Virus record (IMG/VR): IMGVR_UViG_3300033076_000375
Span: 1 to 64,000 of that record
Strand: one strand, 5' to 3'
Source: a virus
Lineage: Duplodnaviria > Caudoviricetes
DNA: 64,000 nt
Shown: piece by piece, positions 46,099-58,000 of the stretch
Position numbering within the stretch: the stretch's first letter is position 1
Layout: each line of letters begins with the position of its first letter
Notes under the pieces: generated by a model
What the model was told of the DNA's origin: nothing
Seen by the model: the letters and a program-made list of their open reading frames with translations, nothing else
Databases searched by the model: none
Translations under genes and position numbers: made by a program

Positions 46099-47016
46099 TT
46101 AAGCGTATGTAGTAGATACACTCGGGGTTCCCCAAGCGTTTGTAGTTACATAAGTTGTTGACGGTGGTTTAACAATCAAGTTCATTGTAGTGCCAGTTGC
46201 AACATCTAAACCAACACCCAAACTCCAGTTTTGGTCAATAGTAGTAACAAAAGTAATGATTGACTGCGTGGCATCAACTTTTGCAGTAACATTGATAAAT
46301 GAAGTTATGTAAGATGCCCAAGCACCTGAGGCTGTTTGCTTAAAAATTTCAGTAGCAGTTGTAGTCAATGCCCAGTACCCAGTCGCAGAACTAATAGTAT
46401 ACGCAGTATTCAACGCACCAGAGCCGCCTACTTTTGTTGTACCGGTGAAACTTGTTCCTGCAATAGTAGGAGCAGTGCCACTAAGAGTGACCGTTCCCAT
46501 ATTCGTACACAAATCATAAAACACTTTATTGATACCGGTATCAGAAGAAGCACCATGTGAAGTTGAAATTGCTAGTTGACCACCTGCGTTAAAGAAATAA
46601 CGGGCAGCAGCAGCAGAAGAAAAAGAAACAGTTGTAGTGAATGTTACTTTATCTCTCCAAGTTGTAGTTACAGCTTTTGATGTTGTAATAGAGGCTGCTT
46701 GCGCTGCTGCGTTTCCTCTATTGGTCTGAATGGTTGAAATATTAGTATTGAGCGCAGATAAAAATTTAATAGTATCACCCGTAGTTGGTGCTGTAATACT
46801 AGTAATAGTTGAGTTTTGATGGGCTGCAATATCTTTGACTTTGTTAACCAAAGTCGCCCATTCAGTGGCTGATACTTTTGCTCCTGCGGCTACGGTTGAT
46901 AGATTCGTTTGCCCATATCCATAGCTGCCTGATCCAGAACCCCAAACTAGGTTTACGTTATTAACTAAACCATTGTAATCGTCTGCTTGGATTAACCCAT
47001 ATTGTTGGTATGTCAT
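46099..47016 (-). CDS. Virion structural (baseplate/tail-associated) protein
   Basis: T/A/S/G-rich; GSG..GYGQ and AARYFFNAGG motifs. Confidence 0.65.
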   Translation of the reverse strand: MTYQQYGLIQADDYNGLVNNVNLVWGSGSGSYGYGQTNLSTVAAGAKVSATEWATLVNKVKDIAAHQNSTITSITAPTTGDTIKFLSALNTNISTIQTNRGNAAAQAASITTSKAVTTTWRDKVTFTTTVSFSSAAAARYFFNAGGQLAISTSHGASSDTGINKVFYDLCTNMGTVTLSGTAPTIAGTSFTGTTKVGGSGALNTAYTISSATGYWALTTTATEIFKQTASGAWASYITSFINVTAKVDATQSIITFVTTIDQNWSLGVGLDVATGTTMNLIVKPPSTTYVTTNAWGTPSVSTTYA

Positions 47017-47025
47017 GTGTGCCTC

Positions 47026-48273
47026 TTAATTTATTTTGACAGCGGCTTCGATTAAGCCTTCACCATCATCAGTCTTATTTACTAAAGAACGACCGATTAC
47101 ATTAAAAGTTGTCAATTCTTCGTCTTTACCTGCACGAGCAATACCGTTACCAGCAGAGACTAAACGTTGACCCTTTTTAACTTGCCCAACAACACGAACA
47201 GATACACGACCTGTTAATGCGATTGGTGGGTGAGTTTCGTCTGTACCTGCGCCACCGTTCAATAGATAAGCGTATGTGTTAGAAACAACACCAAATACGT
47301 CAGAACTCAAGTCAGCTTTAGCTAAAGTAACTTCATGGTCGCCACCTAATTCAACTAACGTACCAACAGTATATACTCCATCGGCTGCATAACGTTCTGC
47401 AATGTCAGCAGAGTATGTAGCTGTTAGTCTTGATGTTCCTTGCAATACCCAGTTACCGGTAATGTTACCACGAGTGCCTTCAGCACCTGTAGTGATGTTA
47501 GCAGTTTGAACAGTGTGAGGGAAGATGTTACCAGTGAATTTAGTAACGTTCACGTTTGTGCCCGATAGATATTCAGCAACGTTTGCATTAGTATACGTAC
47601 CAGACGGAACCCAAGCTGTACCGTCTGTATTCAAATAGTGGTCGCAACGAATAGATTGTGTTGTTCCCATAGAAATGTTACCACTAAGAACGTTAATTGC
47701 ATTACCGTTCGATGGACCTGTAAATTTCCAAGCACCGTAGATTGATCCTTCAGTACTAGGTGATGTTGAGGTTGAATCAGTTGTTTGGATACTTTTTGTG
47801 ATTGTAGTTCCGATATTAGCAGTAGAAAGATTTGCTAATGGAGAGTACAATCTAGTGTTAAATGAACCATTACCCTGAGCAATTACGTCACGACCAACGT
47901 TCAAGTCAATATTTGCAGTGATTGTATTTGCAACAATGGCATTAGAAACTTCAAGATTACCCAAGTGAGAGTCACCTAACGAGTTAGAAGAAGTTAAAAC
48001 TACCCAATCAGATGTGACAGTTGTGCCGTCTGCTGGACAAACTTTTAATTTGTTGTCGCTTGTATCAAACCAAAGCTGACCCTTCAATGGGTGAGCTGGA
48101 GGGGTGTCATTTGCGAAATTTTCTAACAAATGAACAAAGTTAGTGTTTAGGATGTTACCGTAACCTGCGTAGTTACGTCCTGGTAATCCCAATGTTGTTC
48201 TCTGAGTTTCAAGAACTCCATCCTGAATCGTTACTAGAGTAGAATTGTTAGTTCTTAGAATCGTATATGCCAT
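47026..48273 (-). CDS. Baseplate/tail fibre protein with C-terminal intramolecular-chaperone-like domain
   Basis: N-terminal L.GRNY.GYG...NF.HLLENFA...P..GQLWFD; C-terminal ADIAERY...G..V..GG..EV...GVVS...GRV.V. Confidence 0.7.
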   Translation of the reverse strand: MAYTILRTNNSTLVTIQDGVLETQRTTLGLPGRNYAGYGNILNTNFVHLLENFANDTPPAHPLKGQLWFDTSDNKLKVCPADGTTVTSDWVVLTSSNSLGDSHLGNLEVSNAIVANTITANIDLNVGRDVIAQGNGSFNTRLYSPLANLSTANIGTTITKSIQTTDSTSTSPSTEGSIYGAWKFTGPSNGNAINVLSGNISMGTTQSIRCDHYLNTDGTAWVPSGTYTNANVAEYLSGTNVNVTKFTGNIFPHTVQTANITTGAEGTRGNITGNWVLQGTSRLTATYSADIAERYAADGVYTVGTLVELGGDHEVTLAKADLSSDVFGVVSNTYAYLLNGGAGTDETHPPIALTGRVSVRVVGQVKKGQRLVSAGNGIARAGKDEELTTFNVIGRSLVNKTDDGEGLIEAAVKIN

Positions 48274-48303
48274 GAAAATGCTCCGTTATTATTATATTTA
48301 TCT

Positions 48304-48924
48304 TTAACCCGTAATCAAGTTCGTCAATGACTGGATTCTGACAGTATAATCAATCTGAATCTGTCTGTTTAGAGACTTTTGTACTGGATGGAAAATGACA
48401 TGGGTTAGCATTTTTGTCAATTCATCCCCGTTTTCGTTAATTCCGTCAAAACTTAGCAAACCCAATTCGTCAAATACGTAAGGAGTCTGTGTTTCTGTAC
48501 CATTGTCGAATGCCATCTGACCAGATGGCTCACTATAATCAAGTAAGCAAGAAACGATAATGTCAGAATAGACTTTACCCAACGGGTGACTAATTGACAT
48601 TTTGTTTCTTGATGGGTTAGTATTAGAAATGTTAGTATCATCAACTACTTTAGCGAATGTTTGATTGTAAAGAGTTGCACTAGAACCAGATACGTTAGGT
48701 GGCAAATATGTGATTACCCCTGTCTGGTCGACACTTGAGCCACCGTTACCGAAAGCCATCTTGTAGATTGCCCCTGTACCTCTGTTGCTCAAAGCGTTAG
48801 CTAACGCAATACTCATGTTCTCATAGTGGATAGCGTTCTTCTTGTCCACAAAAACTTCCCCGCTTGCAGGGTCAAAAATCTTCAAAAAGCCCTCGATTTG
48901 CATCGGGATTAAAACTTGTGCCAT
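48304..48924 (-). CDS. Virion structural (baseplate-region) protein
   Basis: KNAIHYEN, FDELGL and LTHVIFHPVQKSLNR motifs. Confidence 0.65.
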   Translation of the reverse strand: MAQVLIPMQIEGFLKIFDPASGEVFVDKKNAIHYENMSIALANALSNRGTGAIYKMAFGNGGSSVDQTGVITYLPPNVSGSSATLYNQTFAKVVDDTNISNTNPSRNKMSISHPLGKVYSDIIVSCLLDYSEPSGQMAFDNGTETQTPYVFDELGLLSFDGINENGDELTKMLTHVIFHPVQKSLNRQIQIDYTVRIQSLTNLITG

Positions 48925-49074
48925 TTAAATGTCGCCTCGTAATTGTACTAACACTTCTTCCGTGTTAGGGTCGTGTATTTTCACACTTGTACTAAAGAAA
49001 ACCCCGTTAAACTCGTCAACTTTCGTTGGTTCAGTCTTTTCTTGGGGTTCTCTGTCTTCGGGTTTGTCGCTCAT
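48925..49074 (-). CDS. Small acidic protein (49 aa)
   Basis: MSDKPEDREPQEKTEPTKVDEFNGVFFSTSVKIHDPNTEEVLVQLRGDI; TAAATA 6 nt upstream; KI.DP...EV.V echoes the N-terminus of the next gene. Confidence 0.6.
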   Translation of the reverse strand: MSDKPEDREPQEKTEPTKVDEFNGVFFSTSVKIHDPNTEEVLVQLRGDI

Positions 49075-49090
49075 AAATTATATTTATCTC

Positions 49091-52000
49091 TTAAATATTG
49101 TTCATTCGCAAGAACTTCGCAGGTTCAGTATTGCTCAACTGCAATGGAATTTCGAATCTATGATACTCGAATATCTCAGAGTCAGTCCAGAGCATATCAT
49201 AATACTTAGAATCCATGACTTTTGCACTACTCAAGCTAATTATTCTAGAATTAACAGGGTGATGAGTTTGAATTTGAGTTCCATAAGCACCTCTTGTGAT
49301 TCCTAGCAATAAGTTGTTAGTTAAGTCAACTTCTGTAAAGTGAATCTTTTCCCCATTGATTTCAACTGTATCACCACGATATAATGTCAATGTTAGTTCA
49401 TCTCCTACATCAACAAAATCATTGAATACTACTGCGGGGCGTCCTGCAATCATCTTCAAGTGTGTGAAATCATAAGGCACTGTCAATCCCTTTGTAACAT
49501 CAAAAATCATAACCCCAGAAACATCAGAGAAGAAACTATTTGTGAAAGCATACAATGTTCCGTCGTCTAGTTGCTCAACTGTTGAATGTGCCTGTGCTGC
49601 TTCTACTAAGTATTCTGCTTTTGCAACACGAATTTCAGTATCAGCTTCATTGATTTCAGCAACTAACCAAGTAGTATCTTCCGTGTTCATACGGCGAATT
49701 ACTTTATTGTTGTGCTTATCGATTTCGATACGATATGTCTGCTCATTAGGTGCAGCAGAAGAAACCATAGCAGTTGCCATCACAATCTGTCCAGCTTGTA
49801 CTGGATAGTTAACTGACATAACATTGTTATCCCCGAAAGAAACTAGTGAAGGATCAATGCGATTACCGTCGACAGTTACCCAAGCACGTTGACCATTTGT
49901 GTAAACAATCGGAGCCATTGGACTTGGAACTAATGCTACTGGACTAGGGATAGTCAATGAGAAAGTTAATTCATCTGAACTCATAGTTTCATGTGCAGTT
50001 GACATATATTGGCGGGTTATACCATTAAACATAGTAACTGCTACAACTTGACCTGCATCAACTTCATTCAACAGAGTTAATGTGAAAGTGTTTTCATCAA
50101 TCAGGTAGTCATGTAAATCACGGAGACGCTTGCCATCGACTTCGACTATTGCACTTGGAATAGAATTTCTGAAGTTAGGTATAGGTAGTTTAGTAACTTC
50201 TAGGGAAATTACAAACTCTGTGCCACCTTCAGTGAAGAATTGTGTTTCGGGTAATGAAACATAATGTTCATCGATATCATCCGTAGACTTACCTGTTCTA
50301 ACAATAGAATAGACAACATAATCAGTTGCCGCATCATATGTATCCCCCAAAGCAAGTATTAGATGATCCTCATCATTTCTATAGGTTGAGAAATCTAAAC
50401 CAAATGTCAATCTAGTTAAGTGCTCACCTTGTTTTTGTGCATATACAACCGGTTCAATATCTTTACCGTATAACATCGGTAACCCAGTATTAATTGAACT
50501 ATGCCCAGTGTTAATATCATCAAACAATGGCATTGTTTCAGTTGATGCACGTTGACGTTCTACTGCATTACCGAACTCATATAGTTCTAACAACACTGTC
50601 TTTCCAATTAAATAATCGTCATCAAACGTTACAGTCTTAGTGCACCAGTTCACATGGTATGTGTACGGTAAAGCAGTTGCAGTAAAGTTCTCATACATAC
50701 GAGTCATAGATCCGTCTGTTTCTACAATGAACACTGAAGCTCCGGCACCGTTCGCAACTACTTCATCAAATGTAACGGTTAGTGTCGTGTCTACCACACG
50801 CTTAACTTGAATCATGCTGAATCCAGAAGCATAGTACCAGAACTGTTCACTTCCGTCTCTGTTCCAATAAGCTCCAGGTGCTGATGTAATAGTCATATTA
50901 ACTGTATCTGTAACTACACCAGCAACTAATTCTTCAGGACCATAACCAAACAAGAAGTCATTTCCTTTAACAACATAAGTTGTGTCAGATGCTGTTTGAA
51001 TTAAAATATTTTCCCAAGTGACGCAGTTAGAACTAATACATATTGTTCCTAAAGTACCTGTCAATACAAAATTACCATTCGTAAATGTTACTGTAGTCAA
51101 TATAGAGTTGACTGGAGAAATAGTTTGTTCCCATGCCATACCGTCAGTTGATGTCAATATCACGTCCGAAGCAGTAATAGCTAGGAACATTCCGTTACCG
51201 TATGCAACGTCTATGATATCTGCTGTAACTGTATCACCGATGATAGATGCTTCAATCCATGTTGTAGCATTATCAGTATAAACAATTTTACCAGATTTAC
51301 ATACAACTACTACTATCTCAGAAGTCACTACAAGTGCGACGGGAATGAACTCAGTTGTTACTGGAGAAACAGAAGTCCAATTAATAGAATCAGGACTTGT
51401 CAATAACAATGCAGCAGTTTCCAACTCAGGAGCAGGAGTGTCAGCACCAGAAGTAATAATAATCTGAGAACCGATAGCCAAATAGCCTGTGTATGAGCCA
51501 GTGTCTACATACGCAATGTCAGTAAGTTCTTTATGAATTCTATTCTTATTGCCGATTTGATGTTGAGTTTCCCAAACTAGACCACCGATTGATGTGTCAA
51601 TTTTATATCCAACTGTAAAGAACTTATCGTTGATTACAGTTGAATTTAATATTCCACCCAACTCAACTTGCAGTGATGAATCATCGTAAGAACCATCATC
51701 ATAATCTAGAGTATCAAACGTAGTTCGTTCACCAACGCCGATCCAGCGAACGCCATCAAAGCTAACAAACAATGGGTTACTATCATCACTAGTAGTGATA
51801 GTGTAAATTTCATTAGCGCATGTGAAGCTAGTTACTGGTAGTTCTTTTTCAATTATCTTAGATGATTGCCAAGTTCCTGAAACAGTTTGTGTCAATACAA
51901 ATGTTGAGCCTTGGTATGTAGCAACTGCAACATATTTTGTATCAACAAAGACAACACCCTTCACATCAGCTTCGCTGTTAGTAAACAAGTTGTCTGTCAA

Positions 52001-55000
52001 TATAACATCTTCATCGACTATATCTTCAGGGGCAAATTTATTACCGAAGTAAACTGTATTTGGATATGTGATTCCTTTCAATAATTGCTGATGGTCTTTC
52101 GGAACCATACCAGCAGTTGGTTGATAGAAACCATCAATACGTTCTAATGCAGTCATTGCAACATCAGCAGTGGTCATCGCTGTCCATTTAGCTGGATCGA
52201 ACTCAGCATCAGAGTTACTTTCTTTACATGCCCAGATTACACCAGCGTAAGAAACCAATGATACCTCATCATGGCGACTAAACACATCACGAACGACCGG
52301 CTCAGGTAAATACGCATAATCGTTTCCTGTTTCACCAAATGCCTGTGTAGCATTCAATGCACCGTTCCAAATAAATCCATTAAATGGAGCTCTACGAATC
52401 ATACCTGCATCAACGTACACGTTGACTTCGGAGTCATTCACTGGTTTTACATAGAATTCATCAAATGTGCCCGCCGCTCTTCCTGATATAGATGCAACTA
52501 AAATTGCACCTGTATTTTCATTAGCATATTTGATTAGAATTGTTGCATCGTTAACACCATCTTGCCCACCTAATTCTGACCCGCTAATTCTTATAGTGTA
52601 GTCATTCATGTAAATGCTACCTGGATTGATGATTTTAATAGTGTATACTTCGGACAAACTATTGCCACCGAATTTAGGTCTGAAGATTTGAATCTCAGCA
52701 CGACCATTAGTACCATCTACAATCGCAGGAGTATAACTCGGTGTTACTTTATAAAATTGCAACAAGGCACCATCAAGTTGTCCAGGTTTAATATTACTGT
52801 AAGTGTAGTCTAGACCGACGACTGCAAAGCCATCTTGATTTCTGACACCAGTTATCGGTAATACGACACCTTGTGAACTTGACAGGATCATAGAAGCACT
52901 ACTTTCTTCTGATGAAGAAGCATCGTTACCTAAACTAGAGTATGGTGATGACCAATATGTATTTGGCTTCCATTCTTTAACTTTGCTAGTATAACTAACT
53001 CTGTCAAATTTAACAGTTGTTTTCAATCCACGAACACCTGTAGTTTTCATTGTAGGTAAAACTTGTGCGGTGACATGAACGTTTAATACATAACCATTTG
53101 TGATGATGTCTTTGTTGAACTGGATACCTTTTTTGTCTGTCTTTGCATCTTTATAAGTTTCAAAGAATGTCAAGATAAAGTTACCACTACCTTGGCTTAC
53201 TTTAACATAGTAAAAACCATTAGCAATGACAGGTGAACCAGTTGTGATAGATTCAACTTTAACAACATCGTATGAACTAATGTTCTGAGATACATCAATA
53301 GAAGTAAACAATGCACTCTCTGTTGTATTAATCAAATTATTAGCGTTTACCGCATCAGAACTGAAGTTATCAAAGGTGTATGTTGCGCTAGGCTCCACGA
53401 TTAGTTCAGGTGTAGTGACATAACCCTCACCCGGTTGAATTACAGTAACACCTACAACTTTATCATCTTGCATGACAGCCTCAAAAATTGCTTCTGAGCG
53501 AGGCTCTGGATAGATTGAAGTATCAATATAAGCAGTAATTTTTGGAGGAAGCTGATAGTTCTTACCAGGATTCAACACGAATACGTCAGGTGTGTACATA
53601 TACACAGGTGTCCCGATATGGTGAATTGATTGTGGTGTATTGTTAGCACCTCTAGTGACACCAATTAACTTACCGAAATGTCTATCGATACTTGTGTAAC
53701 CTATTTGTTCATCACCCAAGAACATGATGCCTTGGTATGGTAGAGTGTAAGCATTCTCAACATATATGTCAGTGGTAGTAGCATCTGCATACTCTACAAT
53801 ATTGGTTATGTGTTGAGCTTCACCGCCCTTAATACTCATACCCAAATTGTTCATCCAATCAAAGTATCTATAATCGCCCCAAACTGCGTCATTGATTGCC
53901 TTTTGATCCGGATTAGATGACACACCAAATACAACTTGCGGTGACACGAACTTACCTGCTTCAAAATCATAGTATGCAGGTAAGTCAAAGTCAGTAACTG
54001 TCCCGTTTACAACGTCAGTTGATGCGTATGTTTCTACAAATTCTTTAATCACTACGCTATAAGGTTTGATTTCGTTGATGTAACCCTCAACTAGCGTAGT
54101 TTCATCAGCTATATACTTTGGTGTTTGCTTCAACGTTCGAACTTTATAGTTTACATCAGCAAACTTGGTCTTGTTTAACCACGGTAGATAGTTATGTGAT
54201 TCAATGTTTTCACTTTGAATGTATTCAAACATCAAAGTTAAACTCTTATTGCGATGATGCTCTAAATCACCTACAAATATTTGTTCGTTAATTGCACGAA
54301 CAATATATCGTGTTTCGGTTGCAGTATTGCTATCATACATTTCCAAATCAAAGAAGCCGTTACCGAAGCCAATTCCTTCCGGTGAGTAGTCATAGACTGT
54401 TGACAAGAATTGATATGTACCATTTTCTAAACCAATACGAACCCACTCAGAATTCTTAACTGTGTATACTTCTCTGTTTCCGTTAGAGTTCTTAGATACA
54501 GAAACAATCAAGTTCTCTACTACTGGAATAGTCTTGAGGTCTTCAAGAGACTCAACTTCAAACTTAGGTCTAGTTTTTTCTGAATATCCCGTTGCCCACC
54601 AGTATGCGTAATCCCAGTATTTTGTAGTATCAACTGTGTCGGTTGCTACGTGCAAGAACGTAGCAGCCGAAGTCTCTGCAACAGGGTACTGGCTCATTAC
54701 GTTGTTAGTGTATTCAATGAAGTTCTTTAGAGCTAACAATCTGTCAACAAACATTGATTGTCTTGGTCTTACACTAACACCTATTTGCATTAATTTAGGT
54801 AGAGAAGCATCGGGTACTGTTGCACCAATTACGTCTTCGCCTGCAAAGCTATCAATATACTTTGCATACAAACCATATGGCTCTGTTTCACCTTTCTTGC
54901 GGTCAGGTAAACCTGGCAAGAAGTCAGTAGAATTAGTGCTGATTAACTTGAATTCTGTATGACCAGATACATCTCTATTTGATGTACTAAATCCAATGTG

Positions 55001-58000
55001 GATACTTGTAGTACCACCGTTGATGAAATCTGCTGAGTTGTATAAACCAAAGACATTAGTTCTCAATGGGGCAACAAACGGAACACCCGATTCTTGTGGA
55101 TATTGAATATAAGTTGCAATAGCAGAATCTGGCAATGTCTTTCCTAGAGAAGCACTTAGAATGTTAGTATTCTTTACCCAGAAATAATATTTTGGAACCA
55201 AAGCATTAGTTGAATCTGTAGTGAATGATACGCTGAACTGTGTCGTATTTAATACTGTACCTGTTCCTGTATAGAGTGCAGGTGTGACATTGCTTTCAAC
55301 CCATGTGTATACCGCAACATCACTTCCAGGGAAAACAACTCCCCAGTATTTGCTATTGTATTGTACATCGGATTTTTGATGATAGTTATAGAATCTGACA
55401 TTGGCTGTGTTGAACCAAATCTTTCCAACTTGGTCTGCACCCCATGAGATAGTAACAGTAGTATCACCATTGTTGTATGCTGCAGGGTCAGATGAGCGAG
55501 TAAAATCAATATTTGCTTCTACTACACTTAATAGTTTACCTTGCAATGGATCAAAATAATCCAATGACGCTTCAGAAACATTGGTTGTGTTATCAAATAA
55601 TTGAATTTTGCTAATCTTGCTAATGTCAACTACTTGTTCTGATGTGCGGTGAACTGACCAGTTAGGTGTGCCTACATCGTTCTTCAAGATTATGACTTTA
55701 CCACCTGTTCCATCAAAGCCAGGAGAGCCTACAACAACACGATTGTTGTTGAAGTCAACTGAACTACCGAACATCGGTGCTGCCCCGTAAACAGTTGCAG
55801 TATCGTTACATGGTTGTGAGTATACATACTTACCCATGTTATCCAATGCTTCTTCGTATGAATCAATATAATCATACATGTATACAGCACCAGCGTTTGT
55901 GAATGATTCTTCCCACAACGTCATGTTGTTATCAAACGCTGTATCAGTGTGGGCAGTAGTTGCATCAGTGTAGTCGAAACGTGTAGCCGCGAATCGTGTA
56001 GATGTTGGGGCACCTACTACAAACGAGTTAGCCTCGTTGTATTTGACTGAGAAACCAAACTTAGTGTTGTGCTCTTTATGAGGAGAAGTAATTGTCTGAG
56101 TCATTGGGTACGGCATCATACCCAACATTGTCCAGAAATTACCATTGAACACACTCAAGTTCAACTTGTTCATGCTTGGTGCCAATGACATGTCACGTAA
56201 ACGAATTACCAATCTACCATCTTCAGTAGCGTATGCAAAAATGTTTGTTATGTTTGATTCATTGATTTTGTTTGCAATGTTGGTTGCTGAACCTAACGGT
56301 GCATATATTTGGGTATCAGAAGAAGTACATGTTACTGAGTACGGGAATTGTTCAGCATACAGAGTCTTTGCATTACCCGTATTAATGTTTTGAACCTGCA
56401 ATGGATTAGTACCGCTCATTGCATCAGAACGTGACGCATACAAGCGAGTTAAAGTAGTACCTGAAATCAAATCTCCTGTATACAATACCGTATTTGCTTG
56501 GTCTAATTGATATAGAGAATATGATTCTATTGTCATCAAACCTGAAACATTTTCTACGTCAGTAAACGACACACTCATGCCCTTAGTAATGTTTCCGGTC
56601 AAACGTACCAAAGTACCATCTTGGACAACTGCATTGCTATCATTAACCGGAGTAGTGTAGCCAGAGATATACCCAACGGTTCCAAAACTAACAACGCCCG
56701 TTGTGGGGTTTACTTTATTATATGCAATATCAAACGTATCATTTGTATTTTTTCTAAATCTAATTACACCAGAAGCAGGTAATAATTTCGCATCGGAAAC
56801 TGAAAGAGTAACAGAAGTAGAATTTGTAGTCACAGATGATTGCATACCAATGACATTGAAAGCGTTAACTTTATAACCATTTAATAACAAATATGTAGGT
56901 TCATTTAATGCCGCCGGTGTTACACCAACAAGCATACCATAACGCTTACCTGGATCAGTAAAGCGATATACTGCACCTTCGTATCCATCAGATGTGAGTG
57001 CGTACGGAGCTCCTACAATAAGTTCAGTGCCGTCACTAGAGCAATCCATTGAATATCCGAACCATTGACCAGAGCGCAATGTGTCAGGGGCTCCGTTGAT
57101 AAATGACCCTGTTTGGACAACCTTAGAATCCTTAATAGTGATGATGTCACCTGCATCAAAGCCGATATGTCCAAAGTAAATTGCGTTTAGTATGAGAACA
57201 TACTGGTTCGTGCGCAATCTTTTTCCATTTTTGTAAACTAGTGCAGAAATGCTTGGATACCACGGTAACACTACAATGTGGGTGCTTGATTTTGGAATAT
57301 CACGTTGTACTTCAAATGTCTGTGACAGTCTATCAAACGCATACATAGTACCTGTTGCAATCTGAGAACCTGATTGATTATGTTTAGGTGCACCAATGAA
57401 CAATTTTGTACCATCATAGTTAGTTGCAATGCTTGCACCAAAATTATCACCGGGTACATAACCAACAACTTCACTAGTCGAGATGATACTTACTAGCTCA
57501 TAGTTCATCGTTGCCAAGTATAACTGAGAACCACTAGGAACACTGTGATTAAACTTGTCCTGAACATAGAATATTGTTTTATTCGTAGCACTAACGTATG
57601 ATTTTGTTAAGACTGTGTAAACTGCGGAGTCATCAAACGATACTTTGTAAACCATTGTACCGGCATTAATAGTTGGGAACTGTGTAGGCACGCCGTTAGT
57701 TAAACCAACCATCAACACTGGCTGTTGCTCGATGTAGAACATAGTCTTATCTTCGTCTGGTAAGTAACTTGATAAAATGACAGTGAACAATGTGTTCTTT
57801 AAATGTGTATTACCAAATGAAACAGTGTCGCCGTTTGATAACAATGATGTTTGGTTACCCGATAATTTGAAAGATTCACGAATATTATCTACTGCATCAT
57901 TTCTGTCCGGTACAAAGTTTTCAGCTAACGGAGCCAACTGTGCAAAGGATGTAGCGAAAGAAATGCGCTGTCCATCTTTAATTGTTTGAGTTGCGTTACC

